The translations under genes were made by a program, and so were the position numbers. From the NCBI RefSeq assembly GCF_009914755.1, contig NC_060926.1: 64,000 nt of DNA; one strand, 5' to 3'. The notes under the pieces were generated by a model. That model worked only from the letters and a program-made list of their open reading frames with translations, made no database searches and had not been told where the DNA came from. Shown piece after piece: positions 41,300-54,363 of this stretch (positions are counted from its first letter, which is position 1; each line of letters begins with the position of its first letter). The DNA is from the human T2T-CHM13v2.0 reference genome, Homo sapiens.

Positions 41300-43020
41300 G
41301 GGTCATTTCTGAGAAACCTCTTCTAGGAAGCACATCCAAAAACGGTAGGCAAAATATAAAAGATGCCACTTTGCAATGCCTAGATGAGCTTCTGTAATCA
41401 TAAAGGAGTCTCTAGAAACCAATGACAAAAAACTCAAGAAGTTAAAGAGATTTGGAATAGACTTTTGCCTTGTAGTATCTACTAATTCGTGGTGGCCTAG
41501 AATGTCAATTTCACAGTCATGCTTTAGTGACTGGACACAAACCTGAGGCCAAGGCAGAAATGGGATCAACACAACAAGGCAAATGGAAGTAAACAGTGAA
41601 GTACAAGGATGAAATAACTAAATGAAAATTAAAGATACAAGACAGAGCATCAATACAGCTAAAAGTTGGTTCTATGATGAAACTAGTAAAAAATATATCT
41701 CTGACAAAAATAAGAAGAGAGAGAGAAAGCAAAATATACAATGTGAGGAATGAAAGGGGTACTTAATTAGTGATGCAACACATACTAAAGAGATGGTAGG
41801 AGAATATTATATCAACTTAAAAACAGTACATGTGAATGATTCACTGAAAGGAACACATTTCTAGAAAAAATGTTATCAAAACATACAAAAACCTAGAAAT
41901 TCTAAACCACCTTAGAACTCACTCAAGAAACTAAAAACATGGATTGAAATTTTCTGCAAAGAAAAACACTTTATTGAAATATTTCTTTTGATGCATTCTA
42001 TCAAGGAGTTAAGGATCAAATTATTTCATTCTTTTAGAAAAGAGGAAAAGAGGACTTGCTCTCTAATATATTGGATGAGGCTGGCACATCCTTTACAACA
42101 AAACCACACAGAGTCAATGTGAAACATAATTATAAGTCAATTTCACAGGATAAATGAAAAATGCTAACCTACGTTAACAAAGTAAATCCAGGGATATATG
42201 AAAAAGATAATACATTATCACCAAATGGTGATTATTCCAGAAATGCAAAGTTGATTCAACATTAGAAAATTACAAAATTAATTCATTACATTAAAAGATT
42301 AAAGGAGAAAATCAAAATCACCCCCATAGATGCAGTAAGAGCATTCAATAAAACTCAATACCCATTTAATAAAACTCTGCAAACTAGGAATAGAAGAAAT
42401 TTTCTTTATTCTGGTGAAGAGTAACTGCAAAAGCACATACAGCAATCATAAGATTATCTTTAAGTTCAAGAATGTGACAAAATTGCTTTCTGTCACTACT
42501 TCTATTCAGCATTGCACTAAAGAGTCTTACAATAAGACAAGAAAGAGTAATAAAAATTACACGAAAGGAAATAAAAGGAAAAAATACCATTATCATGATT
42601 CAAAAACAATATTACTGTCTACATTTTAAAACTCTAAAGACAAATTGTTAGAATATATAAGAAAATGTAATGAAGTTAATATATACAAGTGGAACATGAA
42701 TTAAACTACAATCTATACATCCCAACACAAGATAATTTTTAAAATACTATTGACAATAACATCTGAAAACATAAAGTACCTAAGGAATAAATCCAACAAG
42801 ATATGTAAGATATTTGAGTAGGATATTATAAAACTTTACTGAAGAAATATAATAAAGGCTTAAAAGCAAAGGCATACTATGTTCATGGTTAATCATAAAG
42901 ATTTTTATTCTGCCAAATTGATTTTTAGATTCATTATGATTCACAACAAACCCCAACCAGAACATATTCCTGCTTTTGGTAAAATAGAGTGGCTGTACTT
43001 TTTGCTCTAAATGCAGTACA
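41300..43020 (+). mobile_element. Old L1M ORF2 remnant (decayed)
   Basis: A-rich, colinear with L1 ORF2 (TTCCAGAAATGCAAAGTTGATTCAACATTAGAAAAT, ATAGATGCAGTAAGAGCATTCAATAAAACTCAA, CTTCTATTCAGCATTGCACT), many stops. Confidence 0.85.
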
Positions 43021-43032
43021 ACTAAAAACCCG

Positions 43033-43034
<2 letters not shown>

Positions 43035-43069
<35 letters not shown>
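43035..43069. repeat. (CA)n microsatellite
   Basis: Direct reading. Confidence 0.98.
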
Positions 43070-43070
<1 letters not shown>

Positions 43071-44427
43071 CCAGAACACTCTAGGGGTGGAGAGAAGGCA
43101 GACTGGCCAAGAAACACAGGACCTGAGGTATAATATGGTGATAAGATCCTTGGGTTTTCTTTTTGCTCATGTATCCCAAACTTGGAACTGAAGAAGCCAA
43201 CAAAATAGTAAAGTCAGTGGTCACAGACCAAAAATGTCTCCAAAATGCCTACTGGTCCAAGGACAAAGGAGCAGCCTAGCAAGACAGAAAACTTTTGAAC
43301 ATTAACCACTGTACTTCTGACAAACAATACAGAAAAATTGGTAACCCCACCCCCACCCCACCAGCAAAGGCCAAGCTAATAACTTGAACTTCTACTTTTG
43401 CCAAGCTGTAAATAGGTACCTAACATCCTGCTGGGTTAATGTCAGAGAAGAACAAGTAGGCCTTCATAGAAGGCCACATTTTTCCCACTGGCTGGATTAG
43501 ATTTCCCCAGTGTGCTGACAGTGGAGACTACATGGGGAGAGCCTGGACTTGTATCCCTACCATCCTCTCCCCACTGAGGTGGTATCTGAAGATGTCCACT
43601 GGAAATTCAGAACTTTCACCATTGCCCCACTCTGGACACAGTTTGGCAGTTTCTTAAGAAACTAAGTGATGGTATGCAGTTACCATACAACCCAGCAATT
43701 TCTCTGCTGAGCATTTATCTGGTCATAAATGAAGACATATGTTCACACAAAAACCTGCACACAAGTGTTTACAACAGTGTTATTTGTAGTAGACCCAAAC
43801 TAGAAACAACCCACATGTCCTTCAAAGGGTGAATGTTAAACAAACTATGATACATCTGTACCAATAAATAAATAATAATTAAACAATAAAAAATTGTTAT
43901 ACCTGGAACAACTTCAATAAATTCCCAGACAATTATGCTGAGTTAAAAAAGAAATCCCAAAATGTTATATACTGTATGGTTCCATTTGTATAACAGTCTT
44001 GAAATAACAAGATTATAGAAATGGAAAAAGAAAAAGAAAAAAGAAAACACTCAGAGAGACTTAAAACTAGTTTAGAAAATTCACTGAACAAGCTAACAAC
44101 AACAACCCACACCAAGCAGGAAAAATAAGCCTCAAGGAAGAGGAAAGAATCTGATTTTCAGACTTGCCACATTTTAATATTCAAAATATCTAGTACTCAA
44201 CAAAATAAATTATGAAGCATGAAAAGAAATAAGAGAGTATGGCCCATTCACAGGGCCATTTCTATTAATTAAAAAATTAATAGAAACTGTTCACGGAGAT
44301 ACCCAGCCATTAGACCTATTGGAAGAAGGCTTTAAATAAACTGTATTACATAAGCTTAAAGAAGTAAAGGAAGCATAAAAAATAACTTAAGGAAATGAGA
44401 TAAATGCTGTCTCAACAAATAGAGAAT

Positions 44428-44599
44428 AGCATGACACACAGCTGTAGTCCCAGCTACTTGGAAGACTGAGACAGGAGGACTGCTTGAGACCAAGAGTTTG
44501 AGGCTGCAGCGCACTATAATCATGCCTGTGAATAACCACTGCATTCCAACCTGGACAACATAGTGAGGCCTCATCTCAAAAAGAGAGAGACAGAGAGAG
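44428..44599 (+). mobile_element. FAM (fossil Alu monomer) inserted in L1M
   Basis: Has the 7SL-like CATGCCTGTGAATAACCACTGCA segment absent from dimeric Alu; short TSD AGAGAAT at 44421-44427 and 44600-44606. Confidence 0.85.
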
Positions 44600-45811
44600 A
44601 GAGAATGTGTCAATAAAGATATAAAAAATGTAAAAGGAAATCACATCGAGATTCTGGAGTTGAAAAATTCACTAGAGGTTTTCAACAACAGATATGAGCA
44701 GACAGAAGAATTGATTAACTTAAATATAAGTCAACTGAGATGATCCAATAAGAGAACCAGAAAGAATGAAGAAAAATGAGCATAGCCTAACAAACTATGG
44801 GGCACCAACAAGAAACTAACTACACATAATGGTAATCCCAGAGGGGAGGGGAAGAGAGAAAGGGGCAGAGAGAAATCTCGAAGAAAGTGTGGCTGAATAT
44901 ATTCCAAATTTAATGAAAGACATGAACCTACACATCCAAGAAGCTCAATGAACTCTATGCCTATGGAAGATAAATGCAAAGAGATTCACACCAAGGCATA
45001 TGATAGCTAATATTTCAAAAGATGAAGGCAGAATTTTGGACCAGCAAAAGAGAAGCAACTCATCCCATACAAGGAATCCTTCATAAGACCATAAGCTGAT
45101 TTCTCTTCAAAAGTCAGTGAGGCCAGAAGGAATGGAATGACATGGTTACATATTTAAAGTGCTGAAAGAAAAAAAAAAAATCTGTCAACCAAGAATTCAA
45201 TACCTGGTAAAACCATCCTTTAAAAATGAAGGGAAAATCAAGATATCAGATTTTAAAAACCTGAGGGAATTTGTCACTAGACTTGCCCTACAAGAAATGC
45301 TAAAGGAAGTTCTCTAAGCTGAAATGAAAGGACACTAGAAAGTAACTTGAAACCATATGAAAAAATAAAGAACAACAGTAAAGAAAGCCATATAGTAAAC
45401 ACAAAAGCCAGCAGTGTGGAGATAAACCCTAGACCAGTGGAACAGGACAGAGATCCCAGAATCAGATCTATGCACCTAGACGGAAACCTGATAAATGAAA
45501 GAACTAGCATTACAAATCGGTGGCAATGGGACAAATTTATCAATAAACTATGCTGGGACAATTGATCATACATATGGAAAAAAATGTAGTAGTATCTTCC
45601 ACCCTGTAAACAATTAATTCTAGATGGATCAATAAATAAGAAAAGAAAGACTTTAAAAGGGAACATAAGAAAACATATTTTTCACTTCAGGGTAATAAAT
45701 AATTTTAAAGTAAACAAAAAGCATAAACCAAAACAGAAAAGATTGATAAGGAATTACTATCTGAAATCAGTTTTTAAATCCCATGAATTAAAATTTAAAA
45801 GTCAAACAGCC

Positions 45812-45953
45812 TGCTGGGTGCAGTGGCTCATGTCTGTAATCCTAGCATTTGGGGAGGTAAAAGCAGGCAGATTGCTTGAGCTCAGGAGTTCAAGACCAGC
45901 CAGGCCAACATGGGGAAAACCTGTCTCTACAAAAAGTACAAAAATTAGCCAGG
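45812..45953 (+). mobile_element. AluJ left arm (3'-truncated)
   Basis: GCTGGGTGCAGTGGCTCATGTCTGTAATCC..GAGCTCAGGAGTTCAAGACCAGCC..AAAATTAGCCAGG. Confidence 0.9.
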
Positions 45954-46164
45954 AAAAAATATTCAAACATTTTTCTTACTAAAAATGAAAAAAAGATACA
46001 ATGAATAGTTTTTCACAGGAGATAAATAGAGAGTAAACATGAGAAATTTCTCAATGTCAATTGTGATCAAGGAAATGTGTATTAATTCTACCATGAAATA
46101 CAATGTCACATCCAAATAGACCGCAAAAATTAAAGTCTAACAATGCCAGGTATTGGTAAGATTG

Positions 46165-46245
46165 GTAGGTTGGTGCAAAAGTCATTGCAGTTTTTAACCA
46201 TTACTTTTAATGTCAAAAACCACAATTAGCTTTGCACCAACCTAA
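46165..46245. mobile_element. MADE1 (Hsmar1-derived ~80 bp MITE)
   Basis: TAGGTTGGTGCAAAAGTCATTGCAGTTTT..AAAAACCACAATTAGCTTTGCACCAACCTAA terminal inverted repeats followed by TA. Confidence 0.93.
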
Positions 46246-47059
46246 TATATAGACCAAGGAAAACTCCCATACACTGCTTGTATAGAGTAAATTGGTAAAA
46301 TCACATTGGAAAACAAGTTGGAATTATTTGGAAATAGTGAATTTGTGCATACCTAGCAATACCACTTCTAGGTATACATCTTAGAAAAACACTTAAATAC
46401 ATGAACATGAGGAAACCTATGCAAGAACATTTATAGTAACATGTTTGTGATAATAAATCAATCCAAATACCCAATAAAAGAAGAATAAAAAAATTAATTG
46501 GGATGCATTCTTGAAATGGAATACTATGCAAGAGTGAAAATACACAAATTACCGACATATGCATCAAGATAAATAAATTCTCAAAAACATATGAGTGAAA
46601 ATAGCAAGTTGTAGAATAATACATTATAATTTCTTTTATACGAAGTTCAAAAACAGGCAAAATGAAACAACACTGTAACACATATTTTTATTTAAAAATA
46701 CGCATATCATCTCTACATAGATTAATATATATACATATATGGTAAACTTTAAGGGAAACGAGGAAATAAACCTAACTCCAGATGCCAATTACCTTTAGAT
46801 AAAGGAGAGAGGATGTAATGGGATAGAGGAAGGGGGTGCAATTGGGCAGGACCTCACAAAACAAAGGCTTTCAAAAGTAAAAGTAGTATTTTATTTCTTA
46901 AGCTGAATTGTGAGCAGTGATCATTTTATTATGTTTAGATGCTACTTACATATCATATATATATTCTTCTAGTATGCTGTATTTCACAAAAGAAATTCTT
47001 ATATTCACAATAAAATATTAAGCATTTTATTTATAATAAAAAGTGAAAACAAAATCTGA

Positions 47060-47560
47060 GTTGGGAAAATTGATCAAGTCTATGTTTTAGAAAGATTATT
47101 CTGATTGACATAAAGAAGAGAGACTACTATCTAGAAGGGAGAAAATAAGATTCTAATCTGGGCAATGCCAAACACAGATTTAAAGAGAAACCTGCGAACA
47201 AGTAATTGACAGAATTGCTGATAGAATGGATGCAATGACACTGATGTAATTTGTGCCTGGCATATTATTAGGAGGATGGTTATGATGACGAAAGAGAACT
47301 GTAGGAAAGTCCCTAATTGAGAGGTGGGAAGAGAAATAGGAGCAAGCAATGGAAAGGTAGAAAGATACCCACAAGAGAACAGCATCCCAAAAGCCAAGTG
47401 AGGATTAAGAAGCTAGAGTTTGGACTGGATAACTTCAATCACTGAGAAGTATGTTTTGAGGTCCTCTGCTGATACAAAATGTACAGGAATAGTTTTCTGA
47501 ACTTGAGAACAATGGAAAAGGTTTGGAATAGCAGCTGTGGGAAATACAGTAGGGAAAAAA
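47060..47560 (-). mobile_element. L2 fragment
   Basis: TATGTTTTAGAAAGATTATTCTG..CCAAAAGCCAAGTGAGG..AATAGCAGCTGTGGGAAATACAGT. Confidence 0.55.
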
Positions 47561-47998
47561 ACAGAGACTAAAAGGCTGTTCCATAGCAAGGAGGGTCCAT
47601 AGCTGAGGTCGGATGGCATGAATTTGTAGAAGAAGCCAGCTGGCAGCATTCATGACCTACTCCAACAACCTTGGCTACCATGAAGCAGCTATCAAGGTTG
47701 TAAACATCATCACATGTAAGACCTACAGATACACAGGTTTAGGCTAACTAGTCAGAAGTCTATTAAAAACCTTAGGCAAAATAAAGGTATAAAGGTAAAA
47801 TCCTTTATACCAGGAAATATCATTTCTATGGATAACTAAATATTTCCACTTAGGCATAGCTTTTTCAGGATTCTGGTTGGTCGGCATTTTCAGCAAAACT
47901 TTGCAAGAGGAAGGTTACATGGGACAGACTACAGCCCCCACTGCAGCAGTTGACTTCAAGGCAATAGCTGACATTCATCCTCTCTCCTTAAAATCACC

Positions 47999-48404
47999 CA
48001 TCTCAGTCCATTTTGCATTGCTATGAAGGAATATTTGAGGCTGGGTAATTTATAAAGAATAGAGGTTTATTTGGCTCCTGGTTCTGCAGGCTGCACAGGA
48101 AGCATAGCACAAGCATCCGCTTCTGCTGAGGGCATCAGGCTGCTTGCACTCATGGTGGAAAGCAAGGGGAGCAGATGCCACATGACAAGAGAGAGGGGAG
48201 GCAGGTGCCAGGCTCTTTTTAACAATAAGTTGTCATGGGAACAAACGGAGCGAGAACTCACTCATTATCATGAGGATGACACTAAGCCATTCATAAGGGA
48301 TCCACCCCCATGACACAGACACCTCCAACTAGGCCCCATCTCCAGCATCTCCAACACTGGGGATCAAATGATATTTGGAGGGGATAAATACCCAAACCAT
48401 AGCA
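47999..48404 (-). mobile_element. MST (MSTA/MSTB) MaLR solo LTR
   Basis: CAGTCCATTTTGCATTGCTATGAAGGAATATTTGAGGCTGGGTAATTTATAAAG..GGGATCCACCCCCATGAC..CCAAACCATAGCA. Confidence 0.92.
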
Positions 48405-50222
48405 CCACTCATGGTAGAGTCTCTATTTCGGTTAGCACTTTTGCTGGTAGGTGCTTCTTGCCTGGTGCGTTGATCCAGGTTCTCATCTCTAGGATCTGTT
48501 TCCATGTCCTTCTCAGACCTAGTTACTGTGATTGCTCTTTTACAGTCACAATGGACCTGAGAAGCAACATATTCCACATTCTGTAGCAGCAGCCCTGCTT
48601 CTAAGATTATTCTGCTCAATTACACCTGCCAAACAGAGAAGACTGACGTACCTCAGGGCAACTGCTGCCGCAGGGGCTGCAGTCTCCTCTGCCTGCCATT
48701 ATGACCTTGTCACCTGGTGTGGTAATTCTGTACTTTGCTTCTGACACTTAAGTGCTGCCGCCTGGCTTCTGCTCTTCAAGGATCCAATCATCCCCATTGC
48801 TAGTAGGGAGCTCAGTTCTCTTACAGAATCTCCTACCATTAGTCCCCGCCTACAAAGAACATTCCACCACTGAGCTTCTTGAAAACTCTGGTATCTTAAA
48901 AAGCAATGCATCCCTGTTATTTTGACAAGCAATTTTAAAAATATGATCAGAATTCTTCTGGCCCTGGAGAAATGAATAGCATTTCTTGCTTCCAACACTT
49001 GACTCCGTAATCTTTTCAGAGGCAGCAGAGGACTTGCTCTGAAGGAGGTGTTTCAAAACCGAGGCAGCTCCCGCCCCTTGCAGTCCATCCATTTTCTCAT
49101 CCTCGTGCAGGAAAACTTGTTGAGGTCAGTGCCTTCATCCTTTTGGATGTTTGGTGGTTTGCCTTTTCAAGACTTTTCTATTTCAAGTCTTTTCTGTTCC
49201 TCCTTTTCTTTCTTTCACGTCTTTTTCTCTAGCCTGCTTCCAGTCTGTCCCAGGAGTTCCATGTCAATTTTCATCCCAGCTGCACTTGCTTGTCCGCTTA
49301 TTAGTACCTTTGGCAGAATACTCCACTACAGTCAAACTGTCGTTGGTCTCCACTGCCATAAACATGACTGACTTTAGAAAGCAAGGGTGCTCTGATAGAA
49401 GGAGAGAAATTAAAAGATGGTTCTCCATTGCCACAGTGAAAGGTACAATTAGTGACAGGGACAGTCATAATGATGGCAAAGGCACCAACCTGAGCACCGT
49501 ACTGGTTCTTGGAGAAATCAATCAATGTGCACATATCACATTCATGCATTCACACACACATGCCATATGACTATACTGTTTGTCTTTTTCCTAACTGAAC
49601 AAAGAAAAGGCAACAATACCTTTCAAAGGGTTTGTTCTTTCTGAGTAAAATTTTGTAAGACTGCGATCAAGGAAGGTTTGTATATGAGAGACAAAGACCA
49701 AAAAAAAAATCACTTGCTCCGAGAATTTGCTAAACGATTTCGTATCACTGAATTTCACCCATTAACACGTGTATTTAGATCCTAACAATGACTGACAGAC
49801 ATTTGGAAAGCAAAAGTAAAAGTTGACCTGCACACAGTTCAAATTTGCCATATGCTTGCTGTCACTGTTAACAGTTTGTGGACCATCCTAATTTATTCTT
49901 CAGCTGACTAAGCCAATGTATTTTAAAGAAAACGAATACCTGTTCCTTTTTCAAACATGACATTTTATTCTTCCTTATTACTCATAAGTATGGACAGCAA
50001 AATAAATGATTAACAGCCAATCTCAGGTAGTTTTAAGGGGAAAGAATGGGTTTTCCCCAGGACCTATCACAAATGTTTTCCATTTAAATGATTGCCTCAC
50101 TGAGGAAATTCTCAAACAATATTCATCAGTTACAATTTCAGAAAAAAACATTATTTCCTTGAACATAACCTAACAGAATTTTTAAAGGGAATTTATTAGT
50201 GCTCAGAAATCACCACAATTTA

Positions 50223-50224
<2 letters not shown>

Positions 50225-50266
<42 letters not shown>
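50225..50266. repeat. (GT)n microsatellite
   Basis: 21 uninterrupted units. Confidence 0.98.
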
Positions 50267-50269
<3 letters not shown>

Positions 50270-52495
50270 CATAAGGCTAAAAATACTTTTTTAATCTCTC
50301 TAATTTTTTACTTAAAAAAAATTCATTATTCTCTTTTGTCAAGTGTGTTTAAGTAATCACATATCCCGTTAACTGGTGGCCCTGTCCTTTTCTTTCTTAA
50401 AACTTCCTTTCTTAGGCAATTTTATGGATGGAAGGAATTTTTGATGGAAGGGAAAAGAGGAAGAAGTTAGTGTTTGTTTTAAATTTTGACACAATACAAA
50501 CCTACTCACCCTTTTATCTTCGTGTATTTAAGGATAGGTCTTCAACTTTTCCAGTTTCAATCAGATAGCTCAAATGGTCAAGCTTATTTATAGTAAAAAA
50601 TGTCATTAAAACCCGAGTAAATAAAATAATTAAGATATTTGCTAATTAATTTTTAAATATTCTAGATTATGAGCAAGGGCTATGGGTTGTGTTATACAAT
50701 CTTTGTCCCTCATACTTTAACATAGTGCTTGGCCTGTGGGGTGGGACTCCATAAATGAATTTTAATTGGCCAGTTAGTAAGTCACTAATATTTATAAGTT
50801 ATAATGTGTATTCTGCTTTTAAGAGTGCCATATTTATGTCAAAATGGAAAACAAACCAAACATCTAAGACATTTATGACCATTAATTATTTTAGAATAAA
50901 ATATTTTATTGCTTCCATTTTAGCAAACTTTACTTTTCTTCAAATATCTCTTCTGAGGACTTTTAAGACATGAATCATGATAATAATAAAAAATTTGCAG
51001 TAGGTTCTAGAAATTCAACCTAAAAATAGAATTAAAATGGTTTCGTTGCAGGCATGTGCTCATTTTCATACTGATGGACAAAGCCCTTGGGGAATATTCG
51101 AAAGATGATCTACAACTCGCCCAACACCATCTCACAGGTTTTTCACAGCAGGTCCTCGTTGTCCTTTAAATTCTCAGACAGAGGAGGATGGGACGACGCA
51201 CGGCTTCAGCTGAAGCCCCCACAAGACTCTCCGCTCATCTGCAGAAGCGAAGGCCTGGGCAGCTGGCACCCTTCCACAGGGAGCTACAAACACCACTTCG
51301 CCACATTGCAAGTTTCCCCAGGCAGCAGATGTCTTGTAGCTGCCGTTCAGGTCTGCAACTCTACCAAGCCACCTGTACAACATATTTAATGTACTGACAA
51401 TGATTTTGTTGCTACTTAGAAAAGATTTTTTTTAATTTAATTTTTCTCTAAACTCCTGTATGGCCAGTGGGATTATTAGATAAAATCAGGCCTCATGTTG
51501 CGAAACTTTGTATTCAAATACGGGAAAAAAAAAAAACAAATCAAACCCTCCACATTTTTCCCTTTCACACAACTTCCCCCAGATGATTCAGAAAAATGCA
51601 TTCACCTTCTATACTATCATAACTAAATTTTGTGCCTTAAAAAAAAATTGACGTTTCCAACAAGTAGTTTTGCCGAAGCACTGCACAGAAAAGTTCAACA
51701 ACTAACTGTTAAATTGCTCACCCTTTTGCGTTACTCTGACACACCAAACTTTAACGTGCCTCTACCAAAACTTTAAACTGTGAGTGCAATCCTCTTAGAA
51801 CATTATAAGGAAAACATTCTGACTTTTTCGGCTGCTAAAGTGATACTTACAGTACCATTGTGTCTGTTTGGTTTAAAAATGAGGTTGATAATGATAATGT
51901 TTTTCCATAAGATGATCTTCTACTTTTTAATGATACCCGTTGTTTCCCCTACATAAATGACTAAATCCTTACAGAATCTCTGTCTTGATTAGCACTCCTG
52001 CTAGTAAAATTTCACATACTAAATCAGCACCAGCTGTAGCAAGAAAGAAAGAAAAAGGCAAGTGTAAATGTTCCATATGCCCCACCAAATTGGCATCTGT
52101 GTCAGTAACCCTTTTTTTCAAAACTATTGTATACATACATTCTCTTAAGTGTTTTGTTCACAGAATACTGCTAACAAAATTCTCTCTGTTGGCATATCAA
52201 GGAAAGAGCCTGTCCTTGGTACCATTCAACTGCACAAATACAATTGCTTCTTCTCCTCTTGTGGTCACAGACATACCTGAAGGTTCTATTTATGTAAGTT
52301 GCTTCAAATTAGTGAACCTTTATTTTGACATCTGTTCTTTGTAATGTGACACTGCAGTGTTCTTACAAAGCTGCTTTACAGCAGGAGTTTAATTGGTAGC
52401 AACACCAAACAATGTCAGAGAGACAAGAGAATTTATTTTGGTCACCTAGAAGGTATCTCAGAGACCAGGCTCAAAACAAATAACCTGGAATGTGA

Positions 52496-52523
52496 TGGTG
52501 GTGGTGGTGGTGGTGGTGGTGGT
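52496..52523. repeat. (TGG)n trinucleotide repeat
   Basis: ~9 units. Confidence 0.95.
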
Positions 52524-53314
52524 AGAAAGTATTTGTGATCACTGTCATCTTGTCACCTGTATTTTCTTCAAATGATGAAGTGCCTCTCTACAGATAAAGA
52601 TTTATAGATACAGATATATCAGAAATAGTCCCAAAGATATAAATGCTATGTTATGGTAGTTTAGGTGATTTTCAACAGTTTCCCCATTGAGACCTTATGA
52701 ATTGTTGGAAATCTAGTAGAGATTGTTCTCCAGGAACATATTCAAACTATCACTATGAATCCTAAAATATCCATGGGAAAGCTACAGAGAAGAACATCCT
52801 AATTAAATGATCTACCTACAAGGATCTACATACAGGCTATGTCCCAGAGATGCCTGCCTCATAGGTTAAAGAAAATTATTTTCTCCTCTCATCAGAACAT
52901 GATTATCTTGGCCAAGGCCAGTGCACATGGAAAAAGATAACTGGCCGCACCTTTCTTGGTGGTGCCCATCCATTCCTGCTCATGCCCTCTCGCAAGTGTT
53001 TACAACACTGTGTTGCTCTTATTTGCTTACATTTCTACCATTCTTCATTGGACTCTAAGCTCCTTGAGAGTTGTGATAGTAGGCCTTTATCTATTCCAAG
53101 ACAGATTTCAGTAGATACTCAATAAAATGTTTACCCAAGTCAAAATTGTTAAAAAAAAAAAAAATGCAGAAAGTTTGTGTTATAAGCTAAATGAAGTGAT
53201 TAGTGAACAACTTACCAACTGGGTTCAAAAGACCAAAATAAATGAGGACAAGGGGAAATGGATGAAAATTTCCTTTGCTACCCTTAAGTTTTTCTGCTAT
53301 ATAAATACCCTTTC

Positions 53315-53612
<298 letters not shown>

Positions 53613-54068
53613 ATAAATGCCCTTTCAACAGATGTAATCCTATGGCTATTGAGATTTAGTGAAAGTTACACTTGATAACTCTTTCCTATTTAAGGATCAA
53701 AATCAGAAGACATTTTGGTTATAGGTTAAAAATCTCTTGGATCTGAAGAGGCAGTTTACCTAAATTCATAGTAAATGGTTTAGAGAAGAGCATGTAGGGA
53801 AAATCCACAATTATAGAATATCTTGCAAACTGCTTTTTAAAAATATGAACATTCTTTTAATTAAAAACATGTAGCTTCCTTTATGAGGCAATAGCCCCTC
53901 TCCCAAGTATTGTGAATAGTCAAATCTGCTAACCTCCTCTCAGGGAAGCTGTGATAGGAATTCCTGCACGGGGAAGTTTGGAGGAGACGATCCGTTATTT
54001 ATATACATGAAATTCAACTATGCTTACCGACTCTATAGTGATCTCACAGCTGTTAAAATAATTATAAT

Positions 54069-54363
54069 GGGGGAGAGATGAAAAAGGTTGGTTAATGGGT
54101 CCAAATATACAGTTCAATTGAAGAAATAAGCTCTAATGTTTCATATTAGAATAAGGGATGATTATAGTTAACCACAATGTATTGTATATTTCAGAATAGC
54201 TAGAAAAGAGGGCATGAAATGTTCCCAACAAATAGAAATGATAAGTACCTGAGGTGGTGGATATTCCAGATACCCTGACTTGATCATTACATATTCTGTG
54301 CATGTAACAAAATATCACATGTACCCCATAAATGTGTCCAAATATTACATATCAATACAAAAA
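54069..54363 (+). mobile_element. L1MA 3' end
   Basis: GGTTGGTTAATGGGT..TTTCAGAATAGCTAGAAAAGAGG..TACCCTGACTTGATCATTACA..CACATGTACCCCATAAAT. Confidence 0.9.

Larger units (their letters stand above)
43080..46950 (+). mobile_element. Nested old L1M pieces (5'/ORF1 region, L1MB-like 3' end ~43635-44030, L1ME-like 3' end)
   Basis: CAGTTTGGCAGTTTCTTAAG..CACAAAAACCTGCACAC 3' motif; ORF1-like CATCCAAGAAGCTCAATGAACTC and GCTGATTTCTC; 3' CTAGCAATACCACTTCTAGGTATAC. Confidence 0.75.

Noticed and set aside
48990-49380. Purine-skewed minus strand resembling a Lys/Glu-rich coding exon or retrocopy
   Set aside because: The frame I translated closes after ~33 codons, no long minus-strand ORF spans it, and there is no recognisable protein, poly(A) or TSD
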